A program made the position numbers and the translations under genes. The notes beneath the pieces are model-generated. The model was given only the letters and a program-made list of their open reading frames with translations. It did not search any database and was not told the DNA's origin. Shown here in pieces: positions 17,988 to 26,564 of a DNA stretch of 33,009 bases. Every line of letters starts with the position of its first letter. The first letter of the stretch is position 1. Origin of the DNA: Candidatus Obscuribacterales bacterium (GTDB lineage Bacteria > Cyanobacteriota > Vampirovibrionia > Obscuribacterales > Obscuribacteraceae); contig DATNRD010000099.1 in the NCBI GenBank assembly GCA_036703665.1, positions 1-33,009 on the forward strand, written 5' to 3'.

Positions 17988-19685
17988 TCAATCCGCCTCG
18001 CGCAATGCCTGGTCAGCCGCGTCCCGATCTCGGGGCGAACGGAGCAAGAGCCAGAAGAATGCGTACGGCTCCAGAGTCACCGCATATGGTTTCGATTCAA
18101 CGCACGGGAACTGCTTCGCCCCCAGGATGTCCACCGGCTTATGCCCTTCGTAATCCGGCAGGTCGAGTTCTGCCGACTGCCTATCGCCTGACAGATTCGA
18201 CACCACCAGCACACTGGTGTCTCCAAGCTTTCGCACATATGCCAGCACCTTTCGATTCGCCGGATAAAGAAACGTCATCGTTCCACGACCGAACACCTTG
18301 TAAGAGCGGCGAACGCGGATAACGGCTTTCATCCGGTTAAGCAGCGAGGAAGGATCCTTGAGCTGCGACTCCACATTCACTGCCTGATAACCGTACACCG
18401 GGTCATCAATGACCGGTGCATACAGCCGAGATGCCGGTGCCTTCGAGAATCCGGCACAAGGGCCGCTCGACCACTGCATGGGCGTCCTGACCCCGTTTCT
18501 GTCACTTAGATGAACATTGTCGCCCATGCCGATCTCGTCGCCATAATAGATAATCGGCGTACCGGGCAGAGAGAAGAGAAGATTGTTCAGCAGATCTATT
18601 CGCCGGCGGTCGTTTCCTAGCAAGGGAGCAAGTCTTCTTCTGATACCGACATTGATCCGCATGATCGGGTCGGGGGCGTAGGAGCGATACATGTAGTCGC
18701 GTTCCGCATCCGTCACCATCTCCAGTGTCAGCTCATCGTGGTTGCGCAAGAATATCGCCCACTGGCACGTCTCCGGAATGGCAGGCGTCCGCTCCATAAT
18801 GTCCGTGATCGGTGCTCGGTCTTCCATATGCACGGCCATGAAGATTCTCGGCATGACCGGAAAGTGATAGGCCATGTGGCACTCATCACCGTCGCCGAAA
18901 TACTCTCTGACGTCATTCGGCCACTGATTGGCCTCGGCCAGGAAGACCCGATTTCTATACCGGTGATCCAGAGCCTTGCGCAGTGCCTTGATAATCGCGT
19001 GCGTCTCGGGAAGGTTTTCACAGTTGGTGCCCTCGCGTTCGACCAGATAGGGAATGGCATCCAGTCGCATCGCGTCCACTCCCATATCCAGCCAGTAGTA
19101 CATCGTAGCTATCATCTCTTCCAGAACTGCAGGATTGTCGTAATTGAGATCCGGCTGATGATGGAAGAACCGATGCCAGTAAAATGCGCCGGCCAGGGGA
19201 TCCCATGTCCAGTTGGACTTCTCCGAGTCGGTGAATATGATGCGGGTGCCTGCGTACTTCTGGTCTGAATCGGACCAAACGTAGTAATTCCTCTCCGGCG
19301 ATCCGGCCGGCGCTCGGCGAGCGGTCTGAAACCACGGATGCTGATCGGAAGTGTGGTTGATGACCAGCTCGGTCATGATACGGATTCCGCGATCGTGGGC
19401 CTCTCTCACAAGCCGCTGAAATTCTTCTCTAGTACCGTATGCCCGGTGGATGTCCCGGTAGTCGGAAATGTCGTAGCCGTCGTCCCGCAATGGCGACGGA
19501 TAAAAAGGCAACAGCCAGAGGCAATCGATTCCCAGGTCTTGAACATAGTCGAGCTTCTCGATCAGTCCCGAGATATCCCCGTACCCGTCTTCGTTACTGT
19601 CGCAAAAGGCCTTGACGTGCAGCTCGTAAATGACCGCATCCTTGAACCACAGCGGATTGTCTTCCAGTGGTACCGACAACGGCAT
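17988..19685 (-). CDS. treS: Trehalose synthase / maltose alpha-D-glucosyltransferase (GH13), with no fused maltokinase domain
   Basis: [69 protein letters not shown], then [20 protein letters not shown] and [11 protein letters not shown]. Confidence 0.9.
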   Translation of the reverse strand: MPLSVPLEDNPLWFKDAVIYELHVKAFCDSNEDGYGDISGLIEKLDYVQDLGIDCLWLLPFYPSPLRDDGYDISDYRDIHRAYGTREEFQRLVREAHDRGIRIMTELVINHTSDQHPWFQTARRAPAGSPERNYYVWSDSDQKYAGTRIIFTDSEKSNWTWDPLAGAFYWHRFFHHQPDLNYDNPAVLEEMIATMYYWLDMGVDAMRLDAIPYLVEREGTNCENLPETHAIIKALRKALDHRYRNRVFLAEANQWPNDVREYFGDGDECHMAYHFPVMPRIFMAVHMEDRAPITDIMERTPAIPETCQWAIFLRNHDELTLEMVTDAERDYMYRSYAPDPIMRINVGIRRRLAPLLGNDRRRIDLLNNLLFSLPGTPIIYYGDEIGMGDNVHLSDRNGVRTPMQWSSGPCAGFSKAPASRLYAPVIDDPVYGYQAVNVESQLKDPSSLLNRMKAVIRVRRSYKVFGRGTMTFLYPANRKVLAYVRKLGDTSVLVVSNLSGDRQSAELDLPDYEGHKPVDILGAKQFPCVESKPYAVTLEPYAFFWLLLRSPRDRDAADQALREAD

Positions 19686-19776
19686 CGGACTTCTCCCGTT
19701 GACTACTTCCGTTTGCTTCGAGGCATGTCTGGAACGCCTGCGCGCTAATAATCATACTGCGGTGCCGGTTACTTCT

Positions 19777-20313
19777 TCACCGGTCGAGAGGGTTCGCACG
19801 ACGCACGGGATTGGATTCCTTCCTCGAAAACAGTGGAGGTACGCTCGCGTCATACAGGCTATGTCGCACCGCCGGTGAAAACCAATAAGCCGGTTTAGTG
19901 ATGCGCTCGACAGCGGGCACCATTCTGGTCAGTACGATGTCGCTCAGCTCCTGTCTTCCGGCGACAGACCGGCTGACGATTTGCAGGGTGGGAAAGGCCG
20001 GGTCAAGAGCATTCAGCCTGTCAAAGTCCTTTTGCATAGCCCTGGCATACTTGAGCCGCTCCTCTAACGAAAGGCTATTGAGTGCTGCCGACACAAACGC
20101 ATTGTCTTCGCCAAGCGCTCGTCGCTCGAGAACCTCGAGACGGGCTTCGTTTATTCCTTGTTCCATGAGCACACCCCCACAGCTTGCTACGACTCCATGG
20201 TAATCCGGTGGCCGGAACATGAAAGGTGGAATTCCACAGTGCAAACGGGCCGGTAAGTCCACGGCGGGCCGGGCAGCCCCGGTCATGACGGGGCGAAAGT
20301 TAGAGGGGCACAT
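19777..20313 (-). CDS. Hypothetical protein
   Basis: ORF with coding-like third-position GC. The opposite-strand ORF 19898..20203 is Ser-rich, which is typical of antisense. I recognise no motif. The start is uncertain: candidate Met codons at 20313, 20286, 20220 and 20166. Confidence 0.5.
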   Translation of the reverse strand: MCPSNFRPVMTGAARPAVDLPARLHCGIPPFMFRPPDYHGVVASCGGVLMEQGINEARLEVLERRALGEDNAFVSAALNSLSLEERLKYARAMQKDFDRLNALDPAFPTLQIVSRSVAGRQELSDIVLTRMVPAVERITKPAYWFSPAVRHSLYDASVPPLFSRKESNPVRRANPLDR

Positions 20314-20375
20314 GTCAAGGAATGATATGGGCGCGCGGGTGGGTACATAGCTGGAGACCGGAGAGGGGAATTATC

Positions 20376-20504
20376 ATGAAAGCTCTCAGAAACTGGCTTC
20401 TTAACCTCTGGAACGCGCTGCAGGTGGGAGACCAACACGACGGCTGGTCGAGCTACCTTAAGGCCAGGCGTCAGACCTTTGCCAGGCACGGGGATCAGGC
20501 CTGA
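20376..20504 (+). CDS. Possible 42-aa small protein (MKALRNWLLNLWNALQVGDQHDGWSSYLKARRQTFARHGDQA)
   Basis: ATG 20376 is preceded by GGAGAGGGG with a 6-nt spacer. Third-position GC is high. The N-terminus is amphipathic. The 3-prime end overlaps the convergent recQ stop by 10 nt. No homology recognised. Confidence 0.25.
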   Translation: MKALRNWLLNLWNALQVGDQHDGWSSYLKARRQTFARHGDQA

Positions 20505-22402
20505 TCCATGGGCACATTTCTGGATCGGCACTCCGAGGTCAACAGGTCGAGGAAAGCGCCGCCGAAATCGCGAAGCTTGGTATCACCCACGCCTGAAATT
20601 CTCCGCATTGCGGTAAGCGTCGAAGGTCTCACCCTGGCCAACTCCCGCAAAGTGGCATCGTTGAAGATGACATACGGAGGCACGCGGCGCTCGTGAGCGA
20701 GATCTCTGCGCAGCTTTCGGAGAGCTTCAAACAGGGCGGCGTCCACACCGTCCCAGGACGCCGCATCAGCCCTGGAGCGTTTGGCTTGCTCACCGTTTTT
20801 GCGCTGGACGGGCTGAAGGAGACGCACCTCACGCTCGCTGCGCATCACCTCGAGTGACCCCTGGTTCAAGCGAAGGACTGGCAGGCTCCGCCCCGATGAG
20901 GTCTCTACCTCCACCTGCTCCAGAACGCCATGGCTGATTAGCTGATAAATCCAATCGCGCAGATCATGCTGGCTGTGGCCGCGCAGCAAGCCATGAGTGC
21001 TGAGCTCATGATGCCCGCGCAGGCGAATCGCTTCCGAATTCTCGCCACGCAGAACGGAGACCACATGCCCGATGCCGAAGCGCTGTTTGACCCTGGCGAC
21101 ACAGGACAGTATCTTCTGCGCTATTACCGTTCCGTCAGCCACGGTGACCGTCTCACCAAGACAGATATCACAAGCACCGCAATTATCCTGGGCATACGAC
21201 TGCCCGAAATACTGCGCCAGCAGCCGGTGCCGGCACGCGGCAGATCGGCAGTAGCGATCCATGTCGTTGAGATGTTTCAAGGCGCTTTCTATATGCGCCG
21301 AATCTGCCGGCTCAGCAGAAACCGCCCTTTCAATGATCGACTTCCAGGCAAAGAAGTCAGCGCCGGAATGCAAGAGCACGCACTCGGCCTCCAACCCATC
21401 TCGGCCGGCGCGACCGGTCTCCTGCTGGTAATGCTCGATTGATTTGGCCATGGCCGTGTGGAGCACGTATCTGACATTCGATCGATCTATTCCCATGCCG
21501 AACGCAACCGTTGCAACGACGATATCGCAACGCTCGTCCGTGAAGGCATCCTGAGTTTCCGTGCGCTGCTCTGCAGTCAGTCCCGCATGATAGGGCATCG
21601 CCTTGACACCCCTGTCCACCAGCGCCGAGGTAATCTGGTCGACATCCGCGCGCCGAATGCAGTAGATGATTCCACCTTCACCTCTATGCCGCTCGATCAC
21701 ATCACAGATCTGCGAGATCAGATCGCCGCGGCGGGAAACCACCCGATAGGTCAGGTTTGGTCTGTCGAAGTCGCCAATCAAAACAGCTGGATCGCGCAGC
21801 CCGAGCTGGTCGATAATATCTTTGCGTACTACCTCGGTGGCAGTGGCTGTGTATGCATGCATCGATGCTGCTGGAAACAGCTCCCTCAAGCGTCTTAACT
21901 GGCGGTATTCCGGCCGGAAATCGTGTCCCCAGTGACTGATGCAATGCGCCTCGTCGATGGCGAAGGCTTGAACCCGGATGTTCTGCAGCAGCAAATGCAA
22001 GTCACTCTGCACCAGTCGCTCGGGTGACACGAACAGCAGTCTAACCGCTCCGTTCCTTACTTGCCTTTCATATGCCATCCGCTGTTCGGCAGTCTGAGAA
22101 CTGTCGAGTTGGACGGCATTGACACCGGCAGATCTGAGCCCGTCCACCTGATCCTTCATTAACGAAATGAGGGGCGATACGACAATCGTCGTGCCGGGCT
22201 GCACGAGGGCCGGTGCCTGATAGCAAAGCGATTTGCCGCCGCCCGTGGGCAGCACCACCAGCGAGTCCCGCCCGGCAAGCACCGCCTCGATTGCCGGCTG
22301 CTGAAGCGGACGCAAGCGCGTGATGCCCCAGTAGCGGGCAATCGCATCGTGTACTTGGGTCTGCAACGGCGGCTCGACGATCATGACAACATCACGGAGC
22401 AA
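20495..22402 (-). CDS. recQ: ATP-dependent DNA helicase RecQ
   Basis: Full RecQ architecture: LRPLQQPAIEAVLAGRDSLVVLPTGGGKSLCYQ, DEAHCISHWGHDFRPEY, a Zn-binding Cys cluster (CRSAACRH...CGACDIC), RQC, and HRDC (VPPYVIFNDATLRELARVRP). Start is either TTG 22402 or ATG 22384. Confidence 0.93.
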   Translation of the reverse strand: MLRDVVMIVEPPLQTQVHDAIARYWGITRLRPLQQPAIEAVLAGRDSLVVLPTGGGKSLCYQAPALVQPGTTIVVSPLISLMKDQVDGLRSAGVNAVQLDSSQTAEQRMAYERQVRNGAVRLLFVSPERLVQSDLHLLLQNIRVQAFAIDEAHCISHWGHDFRPEYRQLRRLRELFPAASMHAYTATATEVVRKDIIDQLGLRDPAVLIGDFDRPNLTYRVVSRRGDLISQICDVIERHRGEGGIIYCIRRADVDQITSALVDRGVKAMPYHAGLTAEQRTETQDAFTDERCDIVVATVAFGMGIDRSNVRYVLHTAMAKSIEHYQQETGRAGRDGLEAECVLLHSGADFFAWKSIIERAVSAEPADSAHIESALKHLNDMDRYCRSAACRHRLLAQYFGQSYAQDNCGACDICLGETVTVADGTVIAQKILSCVARVKQRFGIGHVVSVLRGENSEAIRLRGHHELSTHGLLRGHSQHDLRDWIYQLISHGVLEQVEVETSSGRSLPVLRLNQGSLEVMRSEREVRLLQPVQRKNGEQAKRSRADAASWDGVDAALFEALRKLRRDLAHERRVPPYVIFNDATLRELARVRPSTLTAMRRISGVGDTKLRDFGGAFLDLLTSECRSRNVPMDQA

Positions 22403-22444
22403 GACTCCAGCCAGCCATATTCTACTGGCTGTACTGCTGAAAGT

Positions 22445-23449
22445 TCATCGCATCAGGTACAACAGCCCTGCGGAGCCCACGTAAAGCACCAGAATGCCCA
22501 GGGCATCCCAAGCAAGCAGCAGGCGCTTTTTCTCGGACCGATAACTCAACCCAGCAACCGCAACAGCGGTCATGGCAATGGCCGAAACCAGGCTGATAAC
22601 ATTGTTGTGCGAAGCGGCGGACAGGAGCGGCCCTCGAAGGTAAAAGCAATCCGCAAGCGCGAGAACGCATATGTTAAAAAGATTGCTGCCTAACACATTT
22701 CCCACCGCCATATCCAGGGCGCCCAGTCTCACGGCAGCCAGCGACACCACGACCTCTGGCATGGAGGTCACGGCCGCAAGGAAGAAATTACCGACAAACG
22801 TTTCTCCGAGCCCGGTTTCAACGGCAATGCGGTCGCCTATAGAGGGCAAGAACATCGCTGCACCGACGACAACGGCCGCATTCAGGGTCAACATCGTCCA
22901 GGCCTTCGGTGTTGAGATTTCACCGTATTGCTGTTCCGCCTCAGCCGCAAGCTCAGCCACGAACTGGGCGATTCTCTTGCGCTCGTGATCGAAGACGGAG
23001 CGCATAGCCACAAGGTAAAGCGCAAGAAGGACGAGGCTGCCGGCGCCGATCCAACCGACTGTGGGAATGAACCGGGACGCCAGGATGTTCAGGCAAACGA
23101 GGGCGCACAGCAAGCTGCCGAAACTCGCTGACAGTATATGACCTTCGTGCACCTGCCTCGAGAGTGGAATCGAGCCGGCTGCTGCGTCTACCAGCGAAAC
23201 GATAACCAGGTTGAACATATTGCTGCCGGCAATCGAACCCACGGCAATGTCGGGCAGATCGTTGACCGTGACAGCGCTGATCGCTGAAATCAGTTCAGGT
23301 AGCGACGTTATCGACGCCAGCAAGAGGACACCGACCCATGTCCTGCCCAGGCCCGTCTTCTCGGAGATGCAATCCGCGTACTTGGCAAGCTGTACGCCGC
23401 TTGCGACGATCAGCACAGCGCACACGCCTAATGCCAGCCACGACAGCAT
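22445..23449 (-). CDS. CaCA-family sodium/calcium exchanger membrane protein (YrbG-like)
   Basis: Two alpha-repeat signatures, GSIAGSNMFNLVIV and GNVLGSNLFNICVL, separated by a cytoplasmic loop. About 10 hydrophobic spans. Confidence 0.85.
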   Translation of the reverse strand: MLSWLALGVCAVLIVASGVQLAKYADCISEKTGLGRTWVGVLLLASITSLPELISAISAVTVNDLPDIAVGSIAGSNMFNLVIVSLVDAAAGSIPLSRQVHEGHILSASFGSLLCALVCLNILASRFIPTVGWIGAGSLVLLALYLVAMRSVFDHERKRIAQFVAELAAEAEQQYGEISTPKAWTMLTLNAAVVVGAAMFLPSIGDRIAVETGLGETFVGNFFLAAVTSMPEVVVSLAAVRLGALDMAVGNVLGSNLFNICVLALADCFYLRGPLLSAASHNNVISLVSAIAMTAVAVAGLSYRSEKKRLLLAWDALGILVLYVGSAGLLYLMR

Positions 23450-23485
23450 CGTCTTCTCCCTGCAAACGACTTAAATGCAGCGCAT

Positions 23486-23953
23486 TTACCAGCGGTGATA
23501 AGCGGGATGCCCAGGTTTCACCGCTACGAACCTGCCGTGGCAGGTGGCGCACAACTGGTCCTCCGAGTATAGCTCACCTGCTATGGTTGCCCTGTCTGCC
23601 TTAGACTCTAAGACCTTTGCAACGAGCCGCACAGGGTGATTGGCAGGCGTAGGACGCAGGAATTTCACCGTGTACTCCGCAGTTACAGTGCAGGGCGGAT
23701 GATCCAGCCCATTCTGCCGCATGAGATGCCAGGCAGCCGTCCAGTTGCAATGGCAGTCAAGCAGGCTGCCAATCAGTCCTCCATAGAGTACTCCGGGAAA
23801 CGCCTGATACTTCGGGTCCGGCTGCCATTCTGCCACCAGCGAGTCGCCCTCGGCATAACTCCGGATATGAAGTCCCGCATCGTTCGCCGGTCCGCAACCG
23901 TAACAGATGCTGTTTGGTGCGTACCGCTCCTGCAAGCTTGGCGTGCTGCCCAT
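23486..23953 (-). CDS. PaaI-family hotdog-fold thioesterase
   Basis: CYGCGPANDAGLHIRS N-terminal motif and hotdog core GVLYGGLIGSLLDCH...TAEYTVKFLRP. Confidence 0.8.
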   Translation of the reverse strand: MGSTPSLQERYAPNSICYGCGPANDAGLHIRSYAEGDSLVAEWQPDPKYQAFPGVLYGGLIGSLLDCHCNWTAAWHLMRQNGLDHPPCTVTAEYTVKFLRPTPANHPVRLVAKVLESKADRATIAGELYSEDQLCATCHGRFVAVKPGHPAYHRW

Positions 23954-24080
23954 GTATGATTTCTCCCTCTACCCCGCAATGGGTCAACCAAATGCTCTTG
24001 CGGAAATAATAGGCGACCCGGCGCTCACTCAGCAAGCCAAGTGAACGAGCACAACGGGCTTCCACGACGTTACCGTTCCC

Positions 24081-26522
24081 TTAGATGGCGTCGGAAACTG
24101 TCTCGCGCTGCAGATCGCTTTCAGCGCGTCTGGACAGCCCGGTGATCAGCGCGATTAACAGGAAAACTGCGACAACCGCAAAGACCTCGAGCATTCCGGT
24201 CGAGCGTAACCAGGCCTCATATGCCGGCCACGCATATGACAGGGTCCAGTTAATACCAAATGCGCCACCAGCGCCGGCTACCCACGCGAACGCACCGGGG
24301 AGCTTATATTGTCCTTTCCAGATCACGCACGCCCCAAGAACCAGGGCAGGAAGCCAGGCAGAAAGTATGGAAGCAAGCAGGTTGTAGTCAACGTATAGCG
24401 TCGTGCACATCGGTAAAATCAAGACACGAGCGTCGGTCGGTAACGGCAGTTCGAACCAGCTCCGGGAAAAGGCAGCAAACCCGGCGGCAAACGAAAGTAG
24501 AGCAAGCACGGTCGCCGGGGATGCTGAGAGCCGATCCGTGATGTGGCGTCTTGTGAGAACAGCTATCAGGACAAGTGTGCCAACGTAGATCACCGAGCGC
24601 ATCACCACCCACGTCTCAGGCAGAACCGGCGGTATGGTCGCTGTTACACCGGATTGCATGAACACTTGCACCTGCCGCACTACATACTCCCTTAGTCCCC
24701 CAAGGGACCAGCTGCAGAGCGCCAGTTTGTCGAGAACGTTCAAGGGAAAAGTGAGCAGCGCGCCCAGACAGAAAAGCTGAAATATTTTTCCGGCCCGCAG
24801 AGGAAGCCCGCCGAACCGACGCGATGCGACAACATAGACAAAGTACGGTAAGCCCACGTCGACCACGCCACGAAACATGATCAAGAACATCTCGTCCATC
24901 ACCCGGAAATCGCCGAGTATAGTCCGAGCGTTGACCTCCAGCAGGCAGAAAAGGACAACCGCTGCGTAGAGGCACAGGCGCCCTGCCGATGGCCACCCCG
25001 GCGAGGATTCCAGACTCAACTTGAGCCCGGCGGTGTGGAACAGCCACACCAGCCACATGGCGAAAACGGTAAGAAGCGCAACCGAATGCGCTTGAGATCT
25101 GCCGAACGAGAGGAATTGAAACAAGTATTCGGAAATCAGGAACCACGATAAGACAATCCAATACAACAGCGACGCTGCCGTATCGCCGGTCAGCCGTCGC
25201 TTCGACCCTAACCAGGCGCCGGCAACAATGGAGCACAGGAGGATCCAGCGCATCCACTGCGCTGAAAATGCGCTCACCGGATTGGACCAGAACCATTGAG
25301 AGTTCTTATAGACCCACGCAAAGAAGGTCAGCACAGCAGGCATACCCGCGGCAGAGGCGCTGGCGACAACAGTCTCACTCCAGGTGAGGCAGGCACCGGC
25401 CGTGATGACAAATAGCACGGCCGGCACGAATACTCGCTCTGGAAGAAGATCGCGCAGCGCGCTCGAGACAATTTTCGTGCTCTTGAGCAACTTGAAGATA
25501 ATGCCGACGCCGATAAAGTACCAGACCGGCCAGAGATACCCGTTCCACAACGTGAGCACCGAAAGCAGCTGCTCTGCATAGGCACCAGGGCCACCTCGCA
25601 GAAGCAGGCTAACCAGGAACGCGGCCGAGCCTGCCGTGATCGCATAGACGGCAAGTGCTGCCGGCAGCTGCATTGAGCTTGCTGCCTGCCACTGGTTCCG
25701 CTCCCACGCGCGGCCGCCCCAGATCATGCTCAGCAGGCAGAGCGCACCGCCGAGCAGCCCTCCCAGGAGCACCACGTGTGGTTTGACCATCGAGTGCAAC
25801 GGTGTCAGGGCAGCCAGATAGACGCCGGCTGGTGCCCCCACCGCCAACGCCGTGGCAACACTCGGTAGGCGACTCCGCGCACCGGAAGCGTGCAAGGCTC
25901 TTTCGGCCAGCGCCACTGACATTACTGCACAGGCAGGAACAAGCCCGTTCCAGAGCGAGCGGGGCAGGAAAAAGGCGCACGCTCCCAACAGGTACACGTA
26001 CACCAGCGAAGCAGCCACGAACATCGCCCGGTTGCACCGCATCGCCCCGGCTACCACGCATCCCCAGGCCAGTCCCGCAACCAGCGACCACAGCCAGATT
26101 GCCCACAGGGGTGCCTGCGTCACGGCACCACTTGCAGTCGTGATCGCCGGTCCCGCGGTATGGAACACCGCAGCAAACGGCATCGATACCGTCAAAAGAA
26201 CCGTAACGAGAAAAACCGGTCGGATCACGTGCAAGCTCTCGGCGGGAAGCACGCTCAAGTCGAGTCGATCCTTTCCATAATCGCGCCAGAAGAAACGCTC
26301 TACCAGGGAACCTATGGCAGCAGCCTTGCGATTCTCCCTCAGCCGGTCGACACAGCGCGCCACGATCGGCACGCTGGCCAACTGCCGGATTCGCGCTCCG
26401 ATCCAGTCGGCTACCGCCCCGATTACGGGAAACAGTCCAATCAGAAAGTTCCCGAACTTGCGAAGAGCTGCAATCACGTTGAGGAGATTCATCAAGGCGA
26501 GTTTTAGAACTGAAAGGCGCAT
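24081..26522 (-). CDS. Large polytopic membrane protein of unknown function (813 aa, at least 20 hydrophobic spans)
   Basis: Long uninterrupted ORF made almost wholly of 18-25-residue hydrophobic segments separated by short Arg/Lys or Trp-rich loops. I recognise no catalytic or transporter motif. ATG at 26522-26520. Confidence 0.8.
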   Translation of the reverse strand: MRLSVLKLALMNLLNVIAALRKFGNFLIGLFPVIGAVADWIGARIRQLASVPIVARCVDRLRENRKAAAIGSLVERFFWRDYGKDRLDLSVLPAESLHVIRPVFLVTVLLTVSMPFAAVFHTAGPAITTASGAVTQAPLWAIWLWSLVAGLAWGCVVAGAMRCNRAMFVAASLVYVYLLGACAFFLPRSLWNGLVPACAVMSVALAERALHASGARSRLPSVATALAVGAPAGVYLAALTPLHSMVKPHVVLLGGLLGGALCLLSMIWGGRAWERNQWQAASSMQLPAALAVYAITAGSAAFLVSLLLRGGPGAYAEQLLSVLTLWNGYLWPVWYFIGVGIIFKLLKSTKIVSSALRDLLPERVFVPAVLFVITAGACLTWSETVVASASAAGMPAVLTFFAWVYKNSQWFWSNPVSAFSAQWMRWILLCSIVAGAWLGSKRRLTGDTAASLLYWIVLSWFLISEYLFQFLSFGRSQAHSVALLTVFAMWLVWLFHTAGLKLSLESSPGWPSAGRLCLYAAVVLFCLLEVNARTILGDFRVMDEMFLIMFRGVVDVGLPYFVYVVASRRFGGLPLRAGKIFQLFCLGALLTFPLNVLDKLALCSWSLGGLREYVVRQVQVFMQSGVTATIPPVLPETWVVMRSVIYVGTLVLIAVLTRRHITDRLSASPATVLALLSFAAGFAAFSRSWFELPLPTDARVLILPMCTTLYVDYNLLASILSAWLPALVLGACVIWKGQYKLPGAFAWVAGAGGAFGINWTLSYAWPAYEAWLRSTGMLEVFAVVAVFLLIALITGLSRRAESDLQRETVSDAI

Positions 26523-26540
26523 TTGTCAACAAGTGACAAA
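26522..26540. promoter_or_regulatory. 19-bp perfect-arm palindrome TTTGTCA-acaag-TGACAAA in a divergent control region; candidate operator
   Basis: 7-bp inverted arms at 26522-26528 and 26534-26540. The site abuts the ATG of the 813-aa membrane protein and lies 25 nt (ATG 26565) or 91 nt (ATG 26631) upstream of the TPR-caspase gene. Confidence 0.3.
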
Positions 26541-26564
26541 AGGGCGCTGTAGAGGTGCCACGAG

